58,552 bases of DNA, filler included, from Platydemus manokwari (GCA_037951405.1; 5 parts of 5 records of this genome joined end to end with filler, not necessarily neighbours in it), one strand, 5' to 3'; counted from the whole stretch's first letter, positions 13,429 to 26,749 are shown. The notes: generated by a model not told the origin, from the letters alone. Numbers and translations: made by a program.

Positions 13429-14187
13429 TGTGAGAATATCAAATTGAATTTAGTTTGATATTAGATTTTATTTGATGTTAAATTTTATTTGATGTTAAAT
13501 TTTATTTAATATCAAGTTTTATTTGATATTGAATTTTATTTGATATTAAATTTTATTTATTTTGTTTAAATAATTGTCTTTGAATAGAATTTAATGTCGA
13601 GTCTTTTTAGTTCGTTTTCGATGCGTTTTTTATAAAATAGTAACGGCTTACATGGCGACCACGCATCTGGATTCGATTCTGAAAAGACTGATGATTGTAA
13701 ATTCAAGAAAAGAAGTAGAAAGATGTGATACTATATAGAGAATATGTAAAGAATATAAAAAAGTTGTAGATTAGATATAAAAAAGATATAGAAATGATAT
13801 AGAGATGATATAGAGAAGATATAGAGAAAATATAGAAAAGATATAGAGAAGATATAGAGAAGATATAGAGAAGATATAGAGAAAATATAGAGAAGCCATA
13901 AAAGATAGAAGAATAAGAGAGCTTTTCGTAGATGAATATTACGAGTATTCAATAGAATGTCAATCAAGAATACAATGAAAATCAAAGATTTCAAAAAGAG
14001 GGATGTGAAAATATCAAATTGAATTTGAATTTATATTGGATTTAGTTTGATATTAGATTTTATTTGATGTTAAATTTTATTTGATATTAAATTTTTGTAT
14101 TTAAATATTTGTATTTGAATAGAATTTAATGTCGAGTCTTTTTAGTTCGTTTTAGATGCGTTATTTATAAAATAGTAACGGCTTACA
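13429..14187 (+). mobile_element. Complete TRIM (miniature non-autonomous LTR retrotransposon), 759 bp
   Basis: 5' LTR 13429-13652 and 3' LTR 14004-14187, both TG..CA; PBS TGGCGACCACG 13653-13663; PPT AAAAAGAGGGA 13993-14003; TSD ACCAC at 13424-13428 and 14188-14192; 351-bp non-coding interior. Confidence 0.92.
13785..13895 (+). repeat. 11-bp tandem repeat (GATATAGAGAA)n inside the TRIM
   Basis: About ten imperfect copies visible; explains the spurious ORF 13731..13994. Confidence 0.9.
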
Positions 14188-14907
14188 ACCACATTATTAT
14201 TGATTCTCTTTGTAGAAATTATAATTTATAATTTTAAAATTCAACTATATCATTAAATAAATCATTAAATAACTCTTTATATTCAGTCAGCATCAAGTAA
14301 AGTTCAGGTTTAAATTAAATATAGTCACAATTACCCATCCTTATAAAACGAGCATATTTATAACGGGTTTATCATCGAATTAATCATCAGTAGCGCTGTG
14401 TATGAAAATAAACAAATGTATTTAGATAAACAAGATTCAATTCATAAAATAATCATTGCCAGTTCATTAATTCATCGATAAATAACATCAAAAAACAACA
14501 AATTGTTTTAGCCACAAAAAGACATTGATTTGAAAAAATTTAAATCAAAAATTAAAAAGTTAAATATTTTTCTTTTATTTTTCAATTCTCATGTGTGTTT
14601 GTTGATCTGATAAATATTTCAACAAATATAAATATGTTGTCTATAAATTCCACACGTATGCTACAATATTGTTGTGGATATACTGGAATGGACACAGTAT
14701 TCAGTTGTCATTTTCAATCCAACAGCCAATGGTTCATTGGAAATGTTATCGAAAAGCAAATACCAGAATAATATAATAATCTTTTAATATAACAATAATA
14801 TAACAATTATTTGGATTTATTGATTTTATTCGATTAGTATTGGATATCTTTTGTAAACACTAATAAAATAATTATAATTCAATATCTCTCATTGATTATA
14901 TATTTTA

Positions 14908-15205
14908 TTAGAAATATAAATATAGCTTGTTCATAATAAATTGGAATTGTGTAATCTCGGAATGATGATCAATTTTAGTTTTACCTAACATTAATAAATC
15001 AATAATAAATTAATACTTACCCACAGATGGCTGTAAAATATGATTTGGTTTTGTATTCATTATTTTTTCTGTCATCTTCATTGATTGTGTTGAAATCATT
15101 TGCAATCGAGATGAAGTTGTCATTATAAATGAATTATTAGATATATTTCGAATAGAACACTGATTCCCTAACCAACCATCTCGACATATGCATTGATATT
15201 CAGTC
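14908..15205 (-). CDS. 3' exons of an EGF-like domain protein (partial)
   Basis: Exon 15205-15021 encodes TEYQCICRDGWLGNQC then a Ser/Thr-rich stretch; 36-nt GT-AG intron 15020-14985; exon 14984-14908 ends in TAA. The exon with the first half of the EGF domain was not found. Confidence 0.6.
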
Positions 15206-15865
15206 CTATATGATTAGCTTTTGGTAATTTTATTAAAATAATAATAATAATAATAATAGTAAAAATTAAAAAAAAATAATAAGTATTAATAATATGGAGA
15301 AATAATAATATCGATAAAGAGAATAACAATGATGTTCAAGTATCTTTCAAAATCTAAGTTTAATTTCAAAAATCGATATTCAATAATTTTAAATATGAAC
15401 ATATTAAGTACTAAAAGAAAAATTATAATAAATTAATATTGAAACCTTCATTGAATTCTATTTCCTGGTGACCTTATATTTTTCAATTAAATTAAGACTT
15501 ACCAAATCGCTGTTAAAACTTTTAGAAGTTATCTTTATTGAAATTTATATTATTGGCAAACGCTAAAATTTTATCAATAACTCATGTAACAATAAGGAAT
15601 CAGAATGTAAATAATAATAAGTAGCTGAAAACATAATGCAAATAAATTCAAATGTTCTTCGGTGACATCTGACAAATAGAGATCCGTATGTATTTTTGTG
15701 TATAGAAATATTTGACTTTATCTTGATTTTGAAAGGTCGTTTGTATTTTTCTGAATGTGTTGAGTCCAAAAATAGTCTTGAAAGAATGTAGGTTTGATAA
15801 TTCCATCTTCAACAATGCCATGTTAATTCGTTCATTTTTATAAGAAAAATTATTTTATATTTCAG

Positions 15866-18800
15866 ATCACGCGATCTAAAAGAAATGCTGTGAGAAACGT
15901 TTCAAATCTTCAAAATCGTAACGAATTGTTTAATACAAATACAAGGTTATTATTGATATTTAAAATTATTCAAAATCATTTTGGACCAAATCTTAACATT
16001 GATATTTTATGATTTTTGTTGAGTGATATGAAATTCTACAAAAGAAAAACGAATTTGCAACTTGGAGCCCTTGTTAAGCATGTCTATACAACCATATAGA
16101 CATAGCAACCAGTAAAAAAACACACATTCCACTTATGCAACAACTTAAAACCCAATAGGAACACGGAAAAGCAAAGATCGAATCAAAATTTGATATAATA
16201 TGACAAAAAATTACATACAGATCTCGAATATAAACATCGATACAAAGATGGCTAACTGCAGTTGGAAGCCAGGTTATGTTGATATTTTGAAAAGTATGTT
16301 GAGAGTATTTATTTGAGAAGTCGTACTGAGTAGTTCGCAATTGAAATAAAGTTTTAGCCTTTTATTTTTGGAATCAGAGATTGGAATTAGATTGCCAACG
16401 GAAGCCCAACATTTTCATGTTTTTTGTCTTATATAAACCAAAATGTTTTATAAATTTTTAGTCCTTTGAAACGTTTAAAAAATCCAATTAAATTCAAAGG
16501 AGAATGAATAGGTACCCATTTTGTATGAGATAATTTAAATCACACTTCTCAAACACGAACCATTGTTATTGATTGTTTTTATAAAGTTTAGCAATTTATT
16601 TTAATTAGTTAATTCTATTAATTAAAAAACCGTACCATGCTCTTTTTGTATTTAATAATATTCCAAGAAACAGAACATGGATTACAGGAACTGAAATGAA
16701 ACCACATCAACTTATATTTGAATTTGACTTCTGGATTCTTTGGATGAGTATTATTTTTAGTTTTGCCAGTGTCGCTATATTATCAATCTTAAGATATGTA
16801 AGTGAGATTAATATACTTTTCTAAAGACATTATTTTTTTAAAATGATTTGGATTTTTTATTTGAATTTAATGTTAATAATTCTTTCGTACGATATCGCTT
16901 TATTAATCAAAATCTTGAAATATCATACGTTTTTAGTTAAAAATAAATTAAATTATAACGATACTCTAAACCATTCTCATGGATACCTTTTCCATATAGA
17001 TTCATAATTGTAAGATCAAACTAAATTTATATTTCAAGTCATGCAAGAAGTTTGAATTCAACAAATTACGAAAAGGTTTATCCACCAAAACTTTATTTTA
17101 ATACTACTTGATTTGTTGAGCAAAATACTATCACACCAATATAAGAAGAGGTTTTTTCAACAAAACTATTTATTGGTGTTTTCATAAAACTGCATATCGT
17201 CTTTTAATCTGAGTGACAGAAAAAAATATTTTTTAAATTTATTTTTAAAATAAAAATATGACTTGTCTTGCAGTATGTCGTTTAATGATGTATTATGAAA
17301 AAGAAAATTTTGTTACTAATCCAACACTACCAAATAAAAATAAATTGTAAGATGAAAAATTTTTAAATTCAATTTAGTATTCAAAATAAATTATTGAATA
17401 AACCAATTAGGATTTATCAAATTTGCTTAATTTAGAATACAATTTTTCTTCAGATTTATTTAGACGGGTTTGGTTTTATATAACAATTGTTTTCCAAACC
17501 ACGGATATCTATATCAGTTAATAAAACTGGAATCTGATTCTATAAAATACCCAATGCATATATAATTATGATCAAAATAGTTTGTTCAACCGAAGTTCAA
17601 GAATCGAAAATGGTTAATCTGTTTTAGTTGACACTTAAGTAATTTAATCAAATAGTTATGCATTTTTAATGCCAGAATTTTCATCAATTTATTGAAAGTG
17701 TATGACTAAGTTCGATTCATAATAACAAAGTATAGTGACAAATTGATGATTATGTAAAAGTTATGACTACCAACTACTAGATTTTAACAATTTACCACAT
17801 TTTAAAACATCGTGAATTTTTAAACATAATATGTAAATGATAGTTCTATTGTAAAACTTAATAATTTTAATCTCTAATGTTGAAATTTCAGGAATTTACT
17901 AAATCATTAGGATTTCCAAATAATATTTCGGAAAATTTGCCTTTTATTAACATTATTGATTCAGTTTGTAATGCATCTGGAAGAATATTTTGGAGTTTTT
18001 TGTTGATTCAAAAGTCTTATAAAGTACTTACTAAAATCAATATGTTTAAGAATAACTTTTTAAATTTAGCTCGTCATGTTGATCGTAACAGTTACAAATG
18101 CTCTATTTATGGGAACACTTTATTTTCTTATATTTATTGAAAATAAAACATTTTGTTTAATTGCATTTATTATTTGGATCGCCATTCTGAATTTTTGTCA
18201 AGGAGGATTTTTTTCAATTTTCCCAACAATTTGTGAGAAATTATTTGGAGTAGAAAATTTTGTAGGCAATTATGGACTTGTATATACAGGAAGCGTAAGA
18301 GTTATATTAATATTTTTAAAAAATTTTTACTTGTGAGAATTTTTAATAAATCTAAATTATTTAATCGGTTATCTTCGTTGCCTTAAATTATAATATATTT
18401 TTTTATTTGTCAAATTGATAAATCTATTTTTAATTTTTCGCTTATAATATGAAATCAGACTGAAAAGAAAAATTATTTTTAAAAATTAACAAACTTTTAA
18501 AGCTAATGAAATACTGATTGGTAATCAACCATTAATTCTATCTTCGATATGTTTAAAATAATGTTCTCAATAACTCATTTTCAGAGCACATGTGGCTTAA
18601 TTATGAGTTCCGTCGCAATTTCATTGGAATCTCAGCCAATTGATAACAAATTATACCTTGAATTATTCACTACTGGCAGTGTTACTTCACTAATTGGTAA
18701 TTTTAATGCATATATATTAGTTTATAAATTAGTAATACATTTTAGCTAATAATTAATAAAACTTTATGTTTACAATTAAGTATTCTGACTAATTTTTTGA

Positions 18801-20704
18801 CATTGAAGTGAATTTACCTGACTGAATGTGCTAATCTTTAGTGAGTTTATATGAGCAAAGCAGGTTAGGAAAATATTAAATTGAATGAGTTAGATAAAAA
18901 ATGATATTTATTTCAATATTAAAAACAAACGCGTGTGATTTTTAAATAAAAGATTGATAGAAAGAACGTATGTTTTCACTAGCGACCACGTCGAAATTAA
19001 CGCTCTTACTAGAGCTAAACGAGAATAGAGGCAGAAAATTTTTGCGAATCTGCCACAAAAAACCCAGGAGTTATTAATTCCGAAACCGTCATTCTTCGAT
19101 TCATCAATCCAAGATGCTGAGAAATAGTTTCAAACAACCAATTATTTTGCGACATTTAATCAAATGAAACTATCATTTGCATTTATATGCTGTTAATAGA
19201 TGACACCAAACAACTGTGGCAAAAATTCAGTACTTTTAAAGAAGCTGTTTCAAATGAAGAGATTGAATAATAATTTTTAGAAGCATTTTCACATGCCGAA
19301 ACATTGTATCACGAAGTTCAAGATTCGGTAGTGATGTAACAAAGACCAGATGAGAAATATCGCAGTTTTGAACTTCGGGTAAAGATGGTAGTTTCGAATG
19401 TCCGACGATAGAAGAGAGCTGGCTGTCAATTTTGAGAAATTAACTTCGACGAAGCGCATAAACGTCATCAAGAAGATATATGATCAGTCGGTATTTCCAA
19501 GTGACCCAAGAAACATCTTTCAGAAGGAGACTTTAAAAAAGCCAATTACAATCGCGCAGGAAAGAGATTTCGCCGTAAAGGGATATCATAGAGCACCAGT
19601 TAATCGCATTGAATCTCCAAACAATGAGAGACCAACAATATCAATGAAAGCTGATGAAGCTGATATTCAAACCGAAAGTGAAGCAAGTGATTGTGTTAGC
19701 TAGCTCACTTTTCATGGTAGAGAAAAAACTAAAATCAACCTCCTGTGCCTATCTCGTCAGTGGGGTTAAATCAATAGGACACATATCAGCTAGAGATAGA
19801 ATAGAAGTTAAGAAGAAAGACAGCAAGAAGAGAAAGTAAAGAAGACGGTAAGAAGAAGAGGAAGCATTCACAGATGTATCAGAAAGCAGATGGTAGACAG
19901 TGGAGTAAAATTGAATGCAACAGCACATATAGAAATGTTATGAGATTCTGATGCATCAATAGCAGTAATGAATGAGAGCAATTACAGGTGCATTGGAGAG
20001 CCACAGATTAAAAATTTTGATGTTCAATTGGCTGGCGTATTCGTTTAAACACACAAATCGTCTCTAAAAATAAGAATCCAAATAGTTTGGAACAACTCAA
20101 TTCTAGTAAAGGAGATCATTGTAGTAAAAGAAATTTCCCCAGGATTTATCCGAGGAGTTGATATGATGAAGACCTGTGGAATATTCCTTGCAGGGATAAA
20201 ATCAATGCTGATGTCTTATTATGAAATAAATGCAATTTTCAGAGAAAATCGTTTTGTCGCTGATAATCTTTTTTGTGTTACTTCAAAAATAATTTTTTGA
20301 CAGACAAATCTCAACAAATAAGTCTTCTGGTATTAAAAAGATTATCTTATAATTTAAAAAATTCTTTAAAAAAGTAATTCATTTGGATTATTCAGATTCC
20401 TATTGAATAAATCCTGATTAAATTTTATCATTGTATCTAGATATTTTTCATTTTAAAAATTTCACCAGAAATATTTCTGTAAATCTTAAAATAACAAAAT
20501 AAAAATTATCATTGACAATTTTTGTTGAATAAAAGTCTAATTTGTAATGTAAAATTTAATTATTATTTCTCTTTACCTTTAAGATGAATGTTGATATATT
20601 CAATTTTAATTTTTAATTGTTTGCCATCAAATATTATATTTTGATTTTCAGCTGCAGGACTAACATTAATATTCAGAGGAAAATCACTGATTGTATCCAG
20701 ATGA
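15866..20704 (+). CDS. MFS transporter, oxalate:formate antiporter (OFA/YhjX)-like, C-terminal half
   Basis: Phase-consistent exons 15866-15945, 16668-16797, 17892-18023, 18070-18294, 18585-18696, 20652-20704 (TGA). Motifs FDFWILW, CNASGRIFW, GGFFSIFPTICEKLFG..NYGLVYT. Confidence 0.8.
18804..20200 (+). mobile_element. 5' portion of a Ty3/gypsy retrotransposon (LTR, PBS, gag, protease) in the last MFS intron
   Basis: Putative LTR 18804-18978 (TGAA..TTCA); PBS-like TAGCGACCACG 18980-18990; gag-like ORF 19398..19703; decayed zinc knuckle C..GHISARD; retropepsin-like ML*DSDASIAVMNE and FIRGVDMMK. Confidence 0.75.
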
Positions 20705-21678
20705 TAACAACTTACATTTAATAGTATTTTTAAGTTCTATAATATTCTTAGTTGATTGATAGTTTTCTTTATATTCTATCACAATAATCTGTAATGGTCT
20801 CAATACTGGTTTAAAAAACATTACAAAATCTGAAATTGAAAAATATGATTATTAAATTGATTCAAAGTTTTTTATTGTATATATTTAAATCATAAGAATT
20901 TTTCAGTGATCATATTATTTGTTTTTACAATTAATAAATGAATTCTTTTGTATTGTTTTTTATCGTGATATTTATGGTTGATAATGATTATAATTTATCT
21001 GAAGAATCAGTTATCTTGCTTCTTATTTTTGAATAATCATTGATGTTATGCACGAAATTTTGGAATTATTTTCGTATTATTTACAAAATTTTATAAGTTA
21101 AATATGGTTCAGCCTGTTTATCAGTTACAATATCAAATTGCATTGTATTAGCCAGATTATTGGGGTTATTTAATATTACTCTTATTGATTTTAATATCAA
21201 TAATTTTGAAATAGTTTTTGAAAACATAAGTTTGATTTTTTAAAAATTATTTAAAATCTCAATTTATTTCTAAATAATGCTATTCCCTTCGTATAATTTG
21301 GATTGGAATACTATTTTGAATTTTTAAATTCAACCTCGATGTAGTCCAACATTTACGAAATGCCATCATTTAAATTTATCGAATTCAATAAGTTTGCAAA
21401 TAAGTTATTTTCTGAAGTAATATGATAATATATATGATAGTAAATTATTAGTGTTTCTGATCTAGATATTTTAACAATTAGAAGTATCTAGAAGATTACT
21501 ACTTTGTTGAGATTCTCAAATTATATTACTTGTTTAGTTTTTTGCTCAAGAATTATTAATATATAATATTTTTGTAAATTTTTGTGATTTTTATGTAAAA
21601 TTTATTAAAAAAACATAGGTAAGTTATTTTCCAGAATTTTATTTTTTATTTATTTTGTTAAAGGTATATTATTGGTGT

Positions 21679-21778
21679 NNNNNNNNNNNNNNNNNNNNNN
21701 NNNNNNNNNNNNNNNNNNNNNNTTAATTAATTAANNNNNNNNNNNNNNNNNNNNNNNNNNNNNNNNNNNNNNNNNNNN
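21679..21778. other. Artificial contig linker
   Basis: 44 N + TTAATTAATTAA + 44 N. Confidence 0.98.
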
Positions 21779-22639
21779 TTTCGTTTATTTTCTCGATTTA
21801 CTGACCTATTCTTCTCAGATATTATACTTTCCAGTAATTTCAGTGATAATTACTAATAACTGCATTCTTCAACAAAAAACATTAATATGAATTAATTTTC
21901 ATAAACATAACCTATTTGATCATTTGAAGGTATTTGATATTTAGATTTAAATAAATTGATTTGAAATTCTTAAAATTTCATTCTGATCATTAGGACTAAA
22001 CGAATTCAGATGAATAAATACTATTTGGTCGATATTTTAAAATTTAAAGATATCAGCATCATTTAATTCTTCGCTATTATGAAACAGAATTCAATATATA
22101 CATAATTGAAACTTCTGTAATTAATACATCCGTTTTATTAAATAAATCATAACGACTAATATAAATAATATTTAAATTTAATAAAATTAATGCCAGTGGA
22201 AAACAATTTACTCTCAAACAGATATTTTTAATAGGAGTTTTAGAATTAATCATCACAGATTCTTGGTTTCATTCATATAATTAATCCTTACGAAAACACC
22301 GGTTTCAGATAATTCGTAACAAGCCACTGGATTATTAATATATTATATAAGCATTTTAATTTGGATTTAATGTTTACATGGATTTTAATTAAATTAATGA
22401 TATGTTCCCAAAACAAATAAGTTACAAATAAAACAAAAGTGCAGTTATTAGAATGAGGACTTGGTTAAATAATTAAATTTGTCGCCATTTGTATGATAAG
22501 CAGTTATTTTTACTTTTTAACAAAAGATGTATAATCAAAAATAATTTCGTGAGTTTCCTAACCATCACAAAACAGTAAATTTTAAAAAATTGAATATTTT
22601 AATCTATTAAAGCACAAGACAAAGCTCAAATTAATATTT

Positions 22640-22900
22640 GATGCCTTACTTAGGTTTTAATTGTGGTATCCATTGTTTACACAGATTGTTAGAGATGCTG
22701 TACTCATCATCCAAACCTCAAAATTGCACTATAAAACTGTTTCGTCAATCTTTAAAAGATATTTATACCCAGAATAACGAGGCACAATGGAAATACAATT
22801 TCCTCTTACTTTTTAAAACTTTGTTTCTAAAATTAAGTCGCGCGCGAAAATTAATTATGAAATAGCATCGAATTACCTCTATTTCGAACTCAGTCAAAAT
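22640..22900 (-). mobile_element. Possible pogo/Tigger transposase relic
   Basis: Minus strand gives NIF..DETVL across a frameshift (cf. IFN.DETGL); ctatttcgaactc nearby resembles pogo subterminal motifs. Confidence 0.3.
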
Positions 22901-23551
22901 TTTTGGTAATTGTATAAATAATTAAAAAATCGCATGACTTTTCTTCCGTTTTCTTTATTGTTAGTTTTAATTCAGAAAATTTTCACTATTTATAAATCAA
23001 CTAAAGAATATTTTAATGATAAAAAAATGTTTATAATTATTTTTAAATAATCATTTTATAAACTGACCAAATGTCAATTATAATATTATTTATAATATGA
23101 TTTATATAACGCACTGTTAGCACAAAATGATACATAATCACAGATGCGTGACATAATATTATAATGTGAAACCTTTTGATTAACAGAATTTTAATAATAA
23201 ACATAAATAAAAATTGAGCAACAAATTAATTCAGTAATCGACAAATAAATATTTCACTTAATTACAAATTGAAGAGAGCCAATGAAAAAGAAAAGATTTC
23301 CAAAATATATCCATTGTTCAAATATCAATAGAAATAATATTATTATTAATAATAATAATGATATAAAAATGCTTCACAACAGTAAATATTCGTGAATTAT
23401 ATTCACCAAAAAAGAAACAGATTGATAATACCACACTTATAAGAATGGGAAAAGCACACCACATATTCAATCGTTATATGTGTGTGTGTGTGTTCAGAAA
23501 ATCATTTCAAATCATCTGAACACACATATATGGATAATCTAATAAAAAATA

Positions 23552-25382
23552 TTAAAACATTGTATAATAATGATTTGGTGTGGCTTCTTTTTTCTGTCGA
23601 TTTTGATAGAATGATGATTTGCCATTATCAGATTCGGTCACAGTCTCTGTTTTCATGTATTTATTAACACCACTCGGTCCTAATGAATGTTCATGACGTC
23701 GTTTCTGAAATAATAATAATCATCATTATTATTTGAACATTATAATTAATAATAACCAATAATAATTTTCATATTTATCATAACAAAAGCTTGACAATCT
23801 TTCAAATAGAAAGCTTAAACATTTGTCATCTATGTCGAATATTTGCTTATGAGATAACAATAACAAATGTTAACAAGTATTCATCTCATAGAGTCTAATC
23901 AAATCTCAATTTTTTCATTAGATTATCAACCAAAAAAGTATCCAAATAACTCAGCGCTATTCTAATTTTAGTAACAAATATATCGAAAGGATCAAGGAGC
24001 ATTACATCAAACTAACTGCCAAAGAATAATCAAAATAACATTGATCACACGCGAATTAATTGTAAATCAAATTTAATATAAAAGATTCAATTAACAGCTA
24101 GCAATAGCATAGTTAAATTTATATGTTATATTTTTATGATTACCGTGTCTATTTATCAAATCAATGTAATTTATTATTTAATTTAAAAAAATTTTGCTAG
24201 AAAAAACTTTGATAAACCTTATCCACTGAATTATTCGAAGAATGAGAGTAGCTTTTAGGAAAATCGTTGTTTCTAGCAACTGGACTCGATTTATGACTCG
24301 ATTCCGGAACGTCTTTTCGTTGATAGTATTGATGGAGGGATAACTTACGATTTTGATGAACATTTTCACTCCTTACCTTTTCATCGGATGATTGATCAAT
24401 TTCACCTTCTTCCAGTGGTTCTTGCTTTTCTATTTCAACTGGAGTATTTTCTACAACGGGCTTAGCAACGGTTTTTGAAATTACAGCACTTGTACTGTGA
24501 ACGTTTTGTGAATCAGATTTATTATGAAATCTCTATAAAAATATCATAATTAAAAGTCTAAAAGAAGTAATATATTTAACTAAAATATAGATAAAATATT
24601 ATATAAAAATGTGATTAACTTAAAAATTCTAAAATACCCTTAAAAATTGAAATGCCTTCATTTTAAGCTTAATTGGTGTTCTAACATATATATCTAAAAA
24701 TTCTTTTGATATTTTCTGCAATACTGGTATTGAAAGACTTTTAGATATAGACGTAAACCACGGACGTGAATTAATATCTTTAAGTTCGACATAATCCCAT
24801 TTAGATGCAACATATAAAGCAGCGGCAGCGATTTCCTGAGTATTATAACGAACACACAATGTAGTTAAATGCAGCATTGAAGTACAAATAAAATATGCAG
24901 TTTCGGCAAATCCACGATATATGTCATATTTTTTAACTATATCGATAATAACAATATGGGGATGCACAAAATCTAATCGAGGAAATCCAACAGACATAAG
25001 CATTATAGATTCTAAAGCATGGACAGATGCAACAATTTTTTCAAAATTTGAATCAATTTGTTTCCCAGAAAGATGATACATTGTCTTCACAATATCATTC
25101 AATTTTCTTGCACAATCTTCAGATTTCGAAGCTAAATAAAATGAAGTCATAGCTACATAAACTGGTTTTAATTCCTTGTAAGAAAATTTCTCATATAATT
25201 TATGCATATACACAATAGCTGTATTAATTAACAGTTGAGATCTAAACAAATGCGTATACATTATAAGAATATCATTTCAATCCTTACACATTATGCATTA
25301 AACCTAGATCTTGAATTAGTGCTGCACATATTTGTCGATATTTAATATCATTAGTAATAATTACTTCATCTATAGAAGTCAT
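23552..25382 (-). CDS. CCNT: Cyclin T (P-TEFb regulatory subunit), 4 exons, 388 aa
   Basis: Exons 25382-25288, 25241-24638, 24532-24218, 23704-23552 splice in frame (1167 nt). YRQICAALIQDLG..NVSQLLINTAIVYMHKLY, YLASKSED, HPH, LHLTTLCVRY, plus LEEGEI and KLSLHQY. Confidence 0.92.
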
Positions 25383-26749
25383 TGTTTACAAATTTTTTAA
25401 TAATATTAAAACAAATAAAATAATATTTTGAAGTCTTAACTATAATCGATTCTCAAAAATAAAGTATAAAAAACGATTGTTCAATCTTTTTAAGTTAATT
25501 TTGAAATTAAACAATAATTTATTTAATTAATTAATTTAATTTGTTTCAGTAAATTTACTTTGAGCAGTAACTGTGTGCTTATACTTTACCTGTTCAAAGT
25601 AAGTACTTTATTTAACCTTGACTTTCTGAGATTTTTATGTAATCAGGGTATTTAATAATTTCACAAAATTATAACCTAAAAATAACCCTAAAAGAACTAA
25701 AATCAATCTACTTGAATTAACATGAGCTATAATTAATGAATCATATGCCTTATAGCATCAACTATCACCACTTTAATCAGATAAATGCTGTATTCACACC
25801 TGCATCGGCCTCCAACAACTGGGTTACATCAAATTCAGCCTAAAACTCCGACAACGAATTATGTTATGCATTACACAAACACTAACAACAATCAGCTTTG
25901 ACTACGGATATCTATGGCACCCCATTTAATTATGGAAAAAAGATACAAAAATTCACTTCTATCTAGCAAACCATTTTAAAAACCTGTAGAGTATACAACA
26001 AAATCAATGCAAGATAACTACAAAGCATTCTCAATCAATTATGATAGTTGTTTCTATTTCTATTTTATTTGTGACGACAACTAGCGGGATAACAATATAT
26101 TAATTGTCAGTTCAAGTGCCATGAACAAATCATAATCTTCAAATGCAAACATGTCCAATCCAAGTTGGAAAATAGATATGAACAATTTATTAATGATCGA
26201 TGATGTAAAAAATTTGTTCTTTTGTTTTATTATTGCAAATCTTTTTAATCGTCAAACTTGGACAGTTATTACCATTTTTTTATTGTTTTTGTGGAGTTGA
26301 AAATCACAATTATTATTTGTTAATAATAATAATTGTTATTATTAAAAATTAAATCTGTGAAAAATGAAGACGAATTTTGAAGAATAATTAAATCAAAATA
26401 AATGAAATAATTAGACTAGAAAAAATTGATTTTATAAACCAATAAGTGAAAAGAAAACAATAAAATCGATTATTTATAATCAGTATAAGAAAATAGTATA
26501 AAAGCAGAAGGAAAAATCATTAAATGGCTCCCAAGAATTCCTAGTCTTAGACAGAGTAGAAAAAATCGATAACAACTAAAGATGATTAAATTAATTTCAA
26601 TAGTGAAATATTATTTCAGTCTTCGTGTATTTGAACCTAAAAAGAAACAGATAATCAATACCACTGAGATTCATCTAACAGTAAATAACCCATATTAGTA
26701 GTAAGCTATAAATACAAAACCGCAAAATAAATTTCAGATGCTGATTCGG

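Noticed and set aside
13731-13994. 87-aa membrane-like ORF
   Set aside because: Translation of the 11-bp tandem repeat.
14650-14770. Tetraspanin-like LQYCCG
   Set aside because: No supporting transmembrane exons or clear splice sites.
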